This document shows, one piece after another, positions 1 to 10,662 of a DNA stretch of 22,865 nucleotides (its first letter is position 1; each line of letters starts with the position of its first letter). Both the position numbers and the translations under genes were made by a program. The DNA is from Chiloscyllium plagiosum (lineage: Eukaryota). The notes beneath the pieces were generated by a model, which ran no database searches, was not told the DNA's origin, and worked only from the letters and a program-made list of their open reading frames with translations. Location of the stretch: the NCBI RefSeq assembly GCF_004010195.1, contig NC_057720.1, forward strand, positions 4,248,651-4,271,515, in the 5' to 3' direction.

Positions 1-967
1 CAGTAGAAAGTTTTGCATTGTCCAAACAGCATCCATAATTCATTAATTGCATTACAGCCAATTCATGTTATGAAGTGGATGTTATACCAGAACAATCTGT
101 AACTTCTTGATTCTGAGTAATGTAGTTTTGAGATTTGTCACTTTCTGCATTTTGCAGCTCAATGAGGGCTGCAGCTGTGAACTGTAGTCTTCCATTTGAA
201 TCCTCTGGAGTTTGTTCTCACTTTTTTTAATGCTGGTATTTGAAAGCAGCACCTCTATCTAGGCTGGGTTGTGAAACAGATGCCTCCCAGTTTCACTCTA
301 GTAGGTGGTGTGAGTGCAAGGATCTTGACAGCTTGCAATAAGCTTCCTATCTGGACATTCTTTGCAAGAACACAGCTATTAATATTAATTACATAAAGGC
401 TTTGAGTAATGTTTAAATATAACTTTCAAAGAGAAAATTGCCACTACTAAAAATTCACTTGAAACGTCTAATGTTCAGGCAAATTACTTATTGAGTAAGC
501 ATTTTGACTGTGTAGACTGAGTGGATAGCAGACATTCAATTTCCATTTTGTTTTAAATGTAATTTTTGTTTTCAAGAAGCTTTTTTTTTCAGAGAAACTG
601 TTGGCCTTGGATTAAAAGAATAGTTTTTTATATTTCTATTCCTTGAAATTATTTTGTCATAATGGATAAAAGTGGTTCCTTTTCATCCAATTTTAGTGGC
701 GTGAGTGTCATTGGCAACTCTTCCTGCTTTATTTTCTACTTTGTGAAAAGGCTTATCATTTTAAAACGTTTCTTTCAAAATAATGTGACTTTGAAAAGAG
801 ATTTCATTAGAATCATAGAATCCCTGCAGTGTGGAAACAGGCCCTTTGTACATGACTACCCAGGTTCTAGGAAAGGAGCTAAGGGGAACAGTTGGATAGT
901 ACTCTAAGCTAGCACAACCAAAGTATGCCAAAAGTGTTGTAAGATTCTGTTTCTGGTATATCACATC

Positions 968-2140
968 ATGGAACTTAAGAGCAGGAGTAGGACACTTTGA
1001 TGCCTCAAGCCAATTCTGCCATTCAATAAGATCATAAAGAAACAGGTTGTATTAACTCCATATTCCTGTTTCTGTCCCATTGTCTCCTAAAAGCCTTTTG
1101 ATTCCCTTATCTAATAAAAAAAATCACCTAATCTGGCCTTGAATAATTTCAACAACCCCAGCTTCCACTTTTTTCTCTCTGCGAAAGTTCATAGACTAAT
1201 GTCCATCAGCAATTCCACTCATTTTCTATCTTTAAAAGAGATCTCTGGGAAGTAACCTTTCTTTAATCTAATCTTTTAAGTTCTTTCAAGATCTTAAATT
1301 CCAAATCTCTCCTTTTTTTTTTCTCTAAACTCCAATGGTTAAAGGACCTACTTCATAAGGCAAACCCTTCATCCCAGGAATCAATCTTGAGTACCTTCAC
1401 TGCATTGCTTCAGATGAAGGTGTACCCTCTTCCAAATAAGACCAAAAGTTTACACTGCAATCCAGATGTGATCACACCAAACTGTAATAAAATGTTCTTT
1501 ATTCTTGTGCTACATCCCCTTCCAATAAATGCCAACATTCCATATAGCTTCCCAGTCAGTTGCTGGACCTGCAGACAAACTATACTTCATGTACCAACCT
1601 ACCAATATTCCTCTGTACCTGTAGGTGTGCAAGTTAAGTAGTTGTATCTGTATTTTCTGCCAAAATGGGCAAGTTCCCACTTCTCACATTATATTCCATT
1701 TGCCATATTTTTCCATTCGCTTAATCTGTCTATATCCATTTGCAGACTGTCCACCTTCTCTTGATGACTTGATTCCTTATTTATCTTGTCATCAGCAAAA
1801 TTATATATGTTGATCTTTTCACCCAAATTATTAATAGATTTTAGAATGAAGGGTCACTGACTCGATGTGAACTCTGCTTCTGTTTATTTACACATGCTGC
1901 CAGAATTGCTATGTTTCTGCAACACTGTTTCATATTTTCAGCATCTGCACTTCTTTAGTTTTGTACCATGAATGATAAACTCTTGATTAGTTGAGCCCTG
2001 GCACTTTCTGATGACAAGACATTCTATTAGTTGGACCTTTCAAACTGGAAAATGGCTCACTGATCCCTACTTTTAGCTATCTTTGTTTTCCCAGTCTGTA
2101 ATCTGTTCCAGTTGATCAACCCTTCACTATACCCATATTC
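968..2140 (-). mobile_element. Decayed CR1-type LINE 3' portion (RT C-terminal half + 3' UTR), interrupted at ~1838-1964
   Basis: Starts with the reverse complement of a typical fish/shark CR1 3' end (gagcaggagtagg...ctgccattcaataagatcat). The reverse complement of ~1785-1800 reads FADDK (RT catalytic motif). Remnants of the preceding RT region continue at ~1990-2140. Confidence 0.7.
1838..1964 (+). mobile_element. Penelope-like element terminal-repeat (pLTR) remnant inserted in CR1
   Basis: gaagggtcactgactcga...atgctgccagaattgct...cagcatctgcac resembles the pLTR ends at 4140-4270, 7376-7505 and 15217-15300. The hammerhead core is degenerate. Confidence 0.6.
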
Positions 2141-2300
2141 CTCCAGTGGCTTTTTCTTGAGCATCCCTGATGTTCAATCCATTCCTGTTTTTAAAAAGGT
2201 TGCTATGGCTTTATGCCTGGTGTCAAGGCTCAAATTCTCATCTCTCCATCCAAGCTACCTTGTTTTCCCCTCATAATATTTCATAAAGCTGATGCCTTAA

Positions 2301-2350
2301 AGTTAGGTTAGGCTGAAGGGCCTGTTTCCACACTTTAGGGGATGAAATGA
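2301..2350 (+). repeat. HE1 SINE / HER1 LINE 3' tail remnant
   Basis: ggctgaagggcctgtttccacactttagggga matches the 3' end of the HE1 copy at 10971-11005. Confidence 0.5.
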
Positions 2351-3659
2351 AATCTTAAACTTTTCATTCTTGGTGCCATCCTCACGAACCTCCCTGAACA
2401 GTTTTAGACTGCCTTTCTTGGAAGGCACTGCTGATGGTACTCTAAAACTGAAGGGCCTGCTGTGGGTTATCAAAATCCCTGAACTGCATAAAGGGTAGGG
2501 ATTGCTGCTGCCAGTAACCTATGACCTTTGTCTCAAGGTTGAAATGCTGTTCCAGAAGTGCTTCAGTTTGTCGAAGGATGAGCACATTGAAGGCATTGAA
2601 TTTTCTTATCTGGTACGAACATCCTGTTCATTACATCAGGTCACTTTTATGCCTGACAATGTTATGACACTGCACCTTGTCTAACAAAACAGTATGGCCC
2701 CTTGCAACCAGTTGCATTTTGAATTGGTGCAATTTACCATAGGTTTGAAGTTATATTCCATGCTTAAGCTAAATTAACTCTCTATGTGCATCTCTTCTGG
2801 GTATCTTCACTCCATTATAGAGTTAGGAGATGGGATAAGCAAAAAATGATATAGAATCGTAAGATGAACACTCACTTTTAAAATGAAAGAATTCTGCAAG
2901 GAGTCTCTCTGAGATTCCATGTCTGATTTGCTTTTAAAGCTTAATCTGAAGATTTAGGTCATGCAAGTTTGATTTAACAAAGAATAGATGTACTGTATTT
3001 TCTACTGTTAAAGGGTAAATCAAGCAAAATTAAATATTAATCTCCCTCCTTGCCCTTGATGCTGTATGATTTCTTGGATGCTATCAATGTAGGTCACAGG
3101 GTGTTGATTAAAATATAGTTTGCACACTGCCAACAGAATTCCAAGGGAAGAATGCAACCATAATCCCTGCTTCAGAAATATACACTAGAAAATGATTTGT
3201 ATATCCATTCTGTTTTGAAGGAAAATGTGCTGTGTGTTTGCACTTTGATCTGTGTATTTGTCTAACAGTTTGAGGCCACTCCCACTGATTGCAGGCAGTT
3301 ATGTTCTTGTGTTAATAGACTGGCCATCTGTGCAGAGGATTACCAATGAAAGACTTAGATGCTGTAAGCAGATTTTCAGCATTTAATTTGGAGCTTGGTG
3401 TTCAAAAAGATAATTGAGTAGCATGTAGTTTTAGCAGTGTAACCCCTATAACGAAATAAGTCTGGAGAGGAATTCTACAGAATGTCATTCTTCTTTGTGA
3501 GCTTTTAATTGTTCAGCCACTTTGAGAATAGTTTGAGTTGGAACTATGAAACTAGATTATTGCAATGCAAGTGTCATTGTTTTTAAAAAGATCGTCCTAA
3601 TTTGATTATCACTCTGCTATTGCAAACTGCTACTGATGAACTTTAAGTTCTTTGTGTGA

Positions 3660-4136
3660 TAGACCATAAAATATAGGTGCAAAATGAGGTAATTTGGTTG
3701 ATTGAGTCTGCTCTGCCATTTAATTATTGCTGATTTCACATTCTGCTGCCTTCTCCATAAACCTTGCTCCTCTTGGTAATCAAGGACTTACCTATTTCTT
3801 ATCTTAGTACACTCAGTAACTTGTCCTCCACTGCCTTCTGAGGCAATGCATTCCACTGATTCATTAACCTATGGCTGAAGAAATTCCTCCTCTCTGTTCT
3901 ATAGGGTTTCCTTTCATTCTAAGGCTGTGCCCTCATGTCCTAGTCTCACCTACCAGTGGGAACATCTTCTCCATGTCTTACTCTCTATTGGCCTCTCAGT
4001 ATTCTAAGTTTCATTGAGATCCCCACCATCATGCTCCTTAGCTCCAAATACAGACCCGGTGTCCTCAACCACTGCTTATGTGACAAGCTTTTCATCCCCA
4101 GGATTGTAAGTCTTCTCTGGACCCCATCCAAGGCCA
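3660..4136 (-). mobile_element. CR1-type LINE 3' end fragment
   Basis: Reverse complement of CR1 3' UTR and ORF2 C-terminus (gcaatgcattccac...gaagaaattcctcct). Similar to 968-1400 and 19490-19880. Confidence 0.7.
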
Positions 4137-4138
4137 AA

Positions 4139-4545
4139 GTGATGAAATTGAGGATGGCAGATGCTGGGGATCAGAGTAGAGAATGTGGTGCTGGAAAAGC
4201 ACAGCAGGTGAGGCAGCATCCAAGGAGTAAGAGAATCAACGTTTTGGGCAAAAGTCCTTCATTAGGGATGAGGCTGGGAGCCTCTGGGGTGAAGAGATAA
4301 ATAAGAGAGGGTGGGGCTAGGGAGGAGGTAGCTAAGACTGAGACACTCAGATCTTTGTAGAGAGAGGAGGAAAACTTCTTCAGCTCAGCACTGCCCTCAT
4401 AACCTATCCAACCTGTCCATCTTCCTTCCCACCTATCTACTTCACCCTCCCCTCTGACCTATCGCCATTACCTCTGCCTCCATCTACCTTCTGAGCACTC
4501 TGCTACCTTTTCTCCTCACCTCCCTCCCATTTATCTCTCAACACC
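4139..4545. mobile_element. Penelope-like element remnant: pLTR on minus strand (4139-4337) plus an inverted partial pLTR on plus strand (~4385-4545)
   Basis: 4139-4337 is homologous to 7376-7560. The pyrimidine-rich tract 4385-4545 is the reverse complement of the same pLTR region (gctacc...atttatctct mirrors agagataaat...ggtagc). Confidence 0.75.
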
Positions 4546-5316
4546 AAACTGCACTAACCTCGTTTACCTGAACTTGGTCCATAGCCTGCTATGCCCTCTT
4601 AAGTATTCGTCCACGTGTTTCTTAAATGTTGCAAGAATACTGCCTCCACCCTCTAGGGCAACACGTTCAATATTTTTATCACCACCTAAATGAAATTGCA
4701 TGCTCCTCACCTTTAATCAAAAGTCCTGTGTTCTTAGACATGTCTGCCATTGGGAAATGATTCTCACAATCTGTCTTTGCCTCTCATTGTTTTGTATACC
4801 TCAGTCCGGTCCCCCTCAGCCTCTTCTGTTCCAAGAGAAACAAACTCTCCTATCTGATCTCCCATCGTAACTGAGAATTTTCATCCCAGGTAATCTAGTG
4901 AATCTCCTCTTCACTCTTTCCTGTTCAGTTGTGTCCTTCTATAGCCTGACCAATGATCTGTGAAGTTGTAACAAGATTTCATTGCACTGATATTCTACAC
5001 CTCCAGCTACTGAGGGCAGGCATCCTTTATGCTGACACCTTCAGGGATCTATGGACTTGTACATAAAATGTCTTTTTTGTTCCTTAGTACTCCTTAGGGA
5101 CTTAGCATTTATTGCGTAATCCTTCCCTTATTAGACCCCCCAAAATGTATTCCCTCACACCTATTGGAATTAAATTCCATCTGCCATTTCTCTGCCCAAT
5201 GTAGCATGAGGCCATCCTCTTCACTATATACAACAACACCATTGTTGTGCCATGTGCAAACCTACTAATTATACCTCTACATCACATCCAAGTCATTAAT
5301 GTACATAACATACAAT
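4546..5316 (-). mobile_element. Decayed CR1 LINE (RT C-terminal region)
   Basis: Collinear with the better preserved copies at 11350-12250 and 20230-20730 (aattaaattccatctgcca; gtgccatgtgcaaacctactaa is a decayed KFADD region). Confidence 0.7.
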
Positions 5317-5619
5317 CCCTGTGGTTCTGAATTTTAAACTTCTGTGTTCTCATTTGTGCAGTTAAGCAATGAAAAGGTTAAAGACCATCAATCTTGTTGG
5401 ATATTTTGTGCAAATATCCAAGGACAAAGGTTAATCCAACAGACGTGAAGAGCTATAAAAAGCACAGGGATACAAGGAAAGCAATGGCCTCAAATGCTTT
5501 ATGAAAAAATACTTTCTATGAATATGAAAGCTTGAAGCAGAGTTGTATCACTTTGTGTTAGTGAGAGAGATTCTGAAACTTAACAGTATTGTGAGGATTC
5601 ACAAGTCTCTCTGATAGCA

Positions 5620-5705
5620 AGAAGGCTGTTTGCAACCACTTTCATGGGTAATTAGGTATAGACATTGAATAATGGCCTAGCCAGTCCAGATGCCATGGAA
5701 GAAAG
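5620..5705 (+). repeat. Short LINE/SINE 3' tail remnant
   Basis: gggtaattaggtatagacattgaataatggcctagccag resembles the reverse complement of 6675-6712. Confidence 0.4.
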
Positions 5706-6027
5706 TCTCTTACAAGTGTTTTCTCAGCCTGTCGTGAATTACGTGTAAGTTACATAAGTGAAAACCCATCTATAAAGCATTTTATTTTAGTGGTGGAAGA
5801 GACTAGCTTAATTAAAGGAAATTAATACATTTAATTGATGTCATGTGGTCTTCTAAAATTCATTTGAGATGGTTCTGAAAAATTACTTGCAAAGTAGAAG
5901 CGCATGTTGGCATTCCTGCCAACTAGTTTGAAGCGTTGAGTTTTCATAATCTGTATTAACAAAATCAACACAATTGCAATCCAAGTTTTAAGATTAGTAA
6001 GTTTCTTTATGTTTCTTAAGTAAGAGA

Positions 6028-6667
6028 CCTTGAAAGTGGAGTTGTAAGTAGATAGGATAGTGAAGAAGGTGTTTGGTATGCTTTCCTTTATTGGTCAAGA
6101 GTATTGAGTACAGGAGTTGGGAGGTCATGTTGCGGCTGTACAGGACATTGGTTAGGCCACTGTTGGAATATTGCATGCAATTCTGGTCTCCTTCCTATCA
6201 GAAAGATGTTGTGAAACTCGTAAATCTTTTCTGAACCCTTTTCAAGGATGTTGCCAGGGTTGGAGGATTTGAGCTATAGGGAGAGGCTGACCAGGTTGGG
6301 GCTGTTTTCCCTGGACCGTCTGAGGCTGAGGGGTGACCTTTTGTAGAGGTTTTCTCTGGGGTCGGTGAGTCCAGAACTCTAGGACATAGGTTTAGGGTAA
6401 GGGGGGCAAGATATGAGACCTAAGGGACAATGTTTTCACAGAGGGTGGTACGTGTATGGAATGAGCTGCCAGAGGATGTGGTGGAGGCTGGTACAATTGC
6501 AACATTTAAGAGGCATTTGGATGGGTATATGAATAGGAAGGGTTTGGAAGGATATGGGCTGGGTGCTGGCAGGTGGGACTAGATTGGGTTAGGATATCTG
6601 GTCGGCATGGACAAGTTGGACCGAAGGGTCTGTTTCTATGCTGTGCATCTTTATGACTCTGACTCTA
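6028..6667 (+). mobile_element. 5'-truncated CR1 (HER1-like) LINE with intact 3' end
   Basis: Encodes IEYRSWEVMLRLYRTLVRPLLEYCMQFWSP and RVVRVWNELP motifs. Ends in ggaccgaagggtctgtttc...tatgactctgactcta, a short tandem-repeat tail. Confidence 0.9.
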
Positions 6668-6669
6668 GA

Positions 6670-6930
6670 AAGCATTGCTGACTTAGTCAGCATTGTTTGA
6701 CCATCCCTAATTGTTCTGCAAGAAGTACTGGTGAGCTGCCTTAGAATATTGCAGTCTTGAGGGAGGGATGCACTCTTGCTGTTAAGAATGTCAAGACTTT
6801 GACCCAGTGACACTGAAGGAATAGTGATGTGGTTCCAAATCAGAATGGCTTAGAAAGGAACTTGTGGTGGTCTTGTGTCTGCTGCCACTGTTCTTATGGT
6901 GCTAGAGATTAGGAAGAGGCTCGGTGAATT
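6670..6930 (-). mobile_element. LINE (CR1/L2 group) 3' end fragment
   Basis: cagcattgtttgaccatccctaattg...ggtgagctgcctt...tttgacccagtgacactgaaggaa is recognisable as the antisense 3' end of a common shark LINE. Confidence 0.55.
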
Positions 6931-6959
6931 CTAATTACCTGAAGCTTTAAATACATACG

Positions 6960-7360
6960 TGCAAACTGTTTAGTGATCAATTCTAACATCTTCCCCACAA
7001 AAGGTGTCCCAAGCTAACTGGCTCATAGTTTCCTGCTTTTTTTTTGTCTCCCCTCCGTCTTTGAATAGAGCTATCTGGCTACAAATTGGCTACTTATTCA
7101 GTCTGGAATTTTTCCTGAATCTTATGAATTTTGGAAAGTTCACAACAGTGCTTCTACCACACTTTCATTTCTTAGGGCTTTGGGATAAACTGTATCAATT
7201 TGCTTAATACCACTTCCCTCGTGATTGTAGTTTCACTGATACCTGTAACTAAGGTCAAAGGGAGACAAGGTATTACTGGAAGATTAATTTTTATCCGCGA
7301 TACTGAAGACAAGCAATTTATTCAGTTCATCTGCCATTCCTTACCTACTATTAACACTGG
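6960..7360 (-). mobile_element. Old CR1 LINE fragment (N-terminal RT region)
   Basis: The reverse complement gives decayed P.DW..AN / FK..R..AGNY.PVSL motifs. Confidence 0.55.
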
Positions 7361-7375
7361 TCATCTAGAGAAAGA

Positions 7376-7857
7376 GAGGTAAAAGCAATGACTGCAGATG
7401 CTGGAAACCAGATTCTGGATTAGTGGTGCTGGAAGAGCCCAGCAGTTCAGGCAGTATCCAAGGAGCAGCGAAATCAATATTTCGGGCAAAAGCCCTTCAG
7501 GAATAAAGACAGTGAGCCTGAAGCGTGGAGAGATAAGCTAGAGGAGGGTGGGGAGTACAATGGGTGAGTGGGGGAGGGGATGAAGGTGATAGGTCAGGGT
7601 GGAGTGGATAGGTGGAAAAGGAATAGGCAGGTAGGACAAGTCATGGGGACAGTGCTGAGCTGGAAGTTTGGAACTAGGGTAAGATGGTGAAAGGGGAAAT
7701 GAGGAAACTGGTGAAGTCCACATTGATGCCCTGGGGTTGAAGTGTTCTGAGGCGGAAAATGAGGCGTTCTTCCTCAGGCATCTGGTGGTGAGGGAGCGGC
7801 GGTGAAGGAGGCCCAGGACCTCCATGTCCTCGACAGATTGGGAGGGGGAGTTGAAAT
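7376..7857 (-). mobile_element. Penelope-like element family A: GIY-YIG C-terminus and 3' pLTR
   Basis: Minus frames give HFNSPS...DMEVLGLLH...EEERLIFRLRTLQPQGINVDF, the typical PLE endonuclease C-terminus (frameshifted). It is followed by a pyrimidine-rich pLTR with a hammerhead-like core at ~7475-7505. Confidence 0.9.
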
Positions 7858-8148
7858 TGTTGTGGTTCTGTTCGCCGAGCTGGAAGTTTTTGTTGCAAAT
7901 GTTTCGTCCCCTGGCTAGGCGACATCATCAGTGCTTGGGAGCCTCCAACAATTCCTAGAGGCATGGCATTCATCCACAAACTCCATCAACAAACACATCG
8001 ACCTGAACCCAATATACCAACCACTACACTGGACAGCTGAAACTGACAACCGGAAGCGGCAGGGACAGACCACTATAAACACCGGAGGAAACATCAAAGA
8101 AGCGCTTCGCAGGAGGCTCCCAAGCACTGATGATGTCGCCTAGCCAGG
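7858..8148. mobile_element. Penelope-like element family B nested in family A: inverted pLTR (7858-7946, -) followed by EN C-terminus + pLTR (7947-8148, +)
   Basis: The plus frame FLEAWHSSTNSINKHIDLNPIYQPL is a PLE GIY-YIG C-terminal motif. Perfect 37-bp inverted repeat 7910-7946 / 8112-8148. Confidence 0.85.
7895..7934 (-). ncRNA. Minimal type I hammerhead ribozyme motif (PLE family B pLTR)
   Basis: Minus strand reads GCA-CUGAUGA-U-GUCgCCU(agcc)AGGgGAC-GAAAC-AUU-UGC. It has both core boxes, helix II, a 3-bp helix I (GCA/UGC) and a minimal helix III. Confidence 0.7.
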
Positions 8149-8645
8149 AGGTTTTACAGTTCCTGCGGTGGCAGGGGAAAGTGCCAGGATGGGACGGTGG
8201 GTTGTAGGGGGGTGCATGGACCTGACCAGGTAGTCACGGAGGGAACGGTCTTTGCAGAAGGTGAAGAGGGGTTGGGCGGGAAATATATCCCTGTGGTGGT
8301 GGGGTCTTTTTGGAGGTGGCAGAAATGTCGGCGGATGATTTGGTTTATGCGAAGGTTGGTAGGGTGGAAGGTGAGCACCAGGGGTGTTCTGACCTTGTTA
8401 CGTTTGGAGGGGTTGGGTCTGAGGGCGGTGGTGCGGGATGTGGACGAGATGCGTTGGAGGGTATCTTTAACCACGTGGGAAGGGAAATTGCAGTCTCTAA
8501 AGAAGGAGGCCATCTGGTGTGTTCTGTGGTGGAACTGGTCTTCCTGGGAGCAGATACAGCGGAGGAATTGGGAATACGGGATGGAATTTTTTCAAGAGAG
8601 GGTGGGAAGAGGTGTAATCCAGGTAGCTGTGGGAGTCGGTGGGAG
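8149..8645 (-). mobile_element. Penelope-like element family A: RT thumb/linker region (5'-truncated, frameshifted)
   Basis: Minus frames give PTDSHSYLDYTSSHP, IPYSQFL, ICSQEDQFHHRTHQMASFFRD, PLVLTFHPTNLRINQIIRRHF and GTFPCHRRNCKT, characteristic of vertebrate PLE ORFs. Confidence 0.9.
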
Positions 8646-8789
8646 GCAACAATACTAACTTTACATGTTCTTTCCTTTTCAAATTCCTGTAGAAACACTT
8701 ATCTGTTTTTTACATATCTAGTTCACTGCTTCTCACCATTCTCTCTCATTCCGTCTCATTCTTTCTGGTCTGTTTGGATTTCTAAAAAG

Positions 8790-9600
8790 CATTCAGTAAG
8801 ATTCTGTGGTGGTCAACTGAGCATTGTATAGTGAGACTCAGGAAATTTGTAGTATGGTCGTGTGGCATTGGCAAGAGGACAATAACAGAGAATTTGCACT
8901 GTTTAATGAACGTTTTTACTTAGCTGTTCTTTGCTAGCTATTTTAATTTCTGCTGGCATGCCAATCAGCAGTATGTGTCGAACCTTCTGCTGGCCATGCT
9001 GTCGTCAACTTGAGACATTGCTTGATGGAATTAGCATGCTCCAGGCTCTGAGTTGGAGACCTTGTCCTACAGAGACGCTGAAGATACTTCAGGGCAACAT
9101 TGCCTCTAAATTTTTCCTGACTGTACCAACCTTCGACATCCATGTGCAGCAGCGGCTTCTGCGAACTGTAGACACTCCAGGACTGTACAGAGTCTCCCAC
9201 TGGCCATCTAGATTAGAGGGAATATTGTGTCTGAGGCCTGAAGGCTCAGCCTTTTTCTCCTGCCTGGCATACATCATTTGAGGCCTCAATACCATAGACG
9301 AGTGCATGGATAGGGAAGACTAGCTAGACTTAGTTCAGTCAGGTTGCTGCTGTTCCACATTCTTACTCTGCTTTGATGTAACAGCTACAATTGTGGATCC
9401 TACATGCATAAAACCGTCAACTTCCAGTATCGTGTCCTTCATTCTATATATGTAGACTGACAACATCCTGAACCATGACCATTGTCTTCCTGATGCTCAA
9501 ACTAAACTATTTGGGAGCGTGCAAGAGTCTCTTCCAGTGAAGGTGTTTCTTGGAATGGATTGCTTGTATGGCTTAGTCAGTGGAAAAGAAACTGTGCAGA
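8790..9600 (-). mobile_element. Heavily decayed RTE-clade LINE fragment (RT C-terminal region)
   Basis: The minus strand gives FSLSIRKTMVMVQDV, ILEVDGFMHVGSTI, LVYGIEA and YARQEKK, in the order expected for RTE motifs (FGLTIS.KKT.VM.Q / LEVV..F.YLGSTI / LLYG.E.W..YARQE). Confidence 0.65.
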
Positions 9601-10032
9601 GTTGGCATACTTTTTTTTGTCTCTGGTAAACAAGGTCAAAACACTGATCTACTTTTTGGTGTGAAAGTAGATCTGCTCCCTTAATTAACTTAAAGGCATG
9701 TAACAGCAGACAAATAGAAGAACATGTCGGTGTTTGTGCCAGAATATGACCCTTTCTGCTATCACTGCAGAACTAGAATTTTGATCTTGATCAGTGAGCT
9801 CGTTCAACACCTCCATGGAGAGGAGATCATTTTTTTTGAGGTATGCATGAATTGAATTCTGTCTTGACTGAGTGATAGCATTTAATTGGATATAATTTCT
9901 TTAAAACTAAAACTAAGTTTATTCAACAATTCTTAGGTTGTTTGAGGAGTGTTTAAATTTGGCTATTTGTTTAGTTACTTGTTCTAGTGATGTAAAATCA
10001 AAATGGTGCTTTGTTATTTTAACAGATATGAA

Positions 10033-10201
10033 TTCACTGTCACAGAAGGCTGTGATGGCCAGGTCATTCAATATATTTAAAATAGGTTCTTGATTGTAAA
10101 GGGGATCCAGGAGAGAAAGCAGGAGAATGGTTTCGCAAAACCAATCAGCCACAGACTAACAGACTCAATGGGCTGAATGGCCTGATCCTCTGTCTTATGG
10201 T
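10033..10201 (+). mobile_element. CR1 LINE 3' terminal fragment
   Basis: aattcactgtcacagaaggctgtg...cagactcaatgggctgaatggcct...tcttatggt is a CR1 3' end. Confidence 0.7.
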
Positions 10202-10662
10202 AGTATTGTAGTGGCTCCAGCTTTTTACTTGACAATTGTTTTCAGTGGTAAATCACTCCCTGCCAAAGTCCATAAACCCAATTAATGTTGTAATATAGAC
10301 CTAACTAGCTGATAGAAGTGAACGTGTTGAAATGGTTGTGTTATGGGAAGCAATCAATGTTTGTTCTTGGCAACAATTTAGGTCTGTCAAAGTCATCTGA
10401 TTCACTCATCATCTTATTAAGAGGTCAGCGAGCTAGCTGCAGAACATCCAAGTTGCAAGCATTATCCAATTTGAGACTTATAAAATGTCAAGAAGAAATT
10501 TGAAGCTGAATATTCATGAATTAACCGGGCTCACTGGCTATACTTGTAATTAACTTCAGTAATCTTTGCAAATAATTAAGTTCTTTTCACAGTCTGCTTA
10601 TTTCTGGTGATTTTAAGGGTTTTTAAATTAAATTCTTTGAAGTTTTTTATTTATTTTGTTTA

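Noticed and set aside
662..2684. Short ORFs in the left part (and similar ones at 9919-10503, 16079-17224, 18038-18271)
   Set aside because: No recognisable domains, many have non-ATG starts, and they overlap decayed repeats or AT-rich intron sequence.
7910..8148. MITE/DNA transposon with 37-bp TIRs
   Set aside because: The left arm extends further as pLTR sequence, the interior encodes a PLE endonuclease C-terminus, and there is no TSD. An inverted PLE structure explains it better.
8197..8831. Long plus-strand ORFs (153 and 173 aa)
   Set aside because: Antisense shadow frames of the Penelope ORF on the minus strand.
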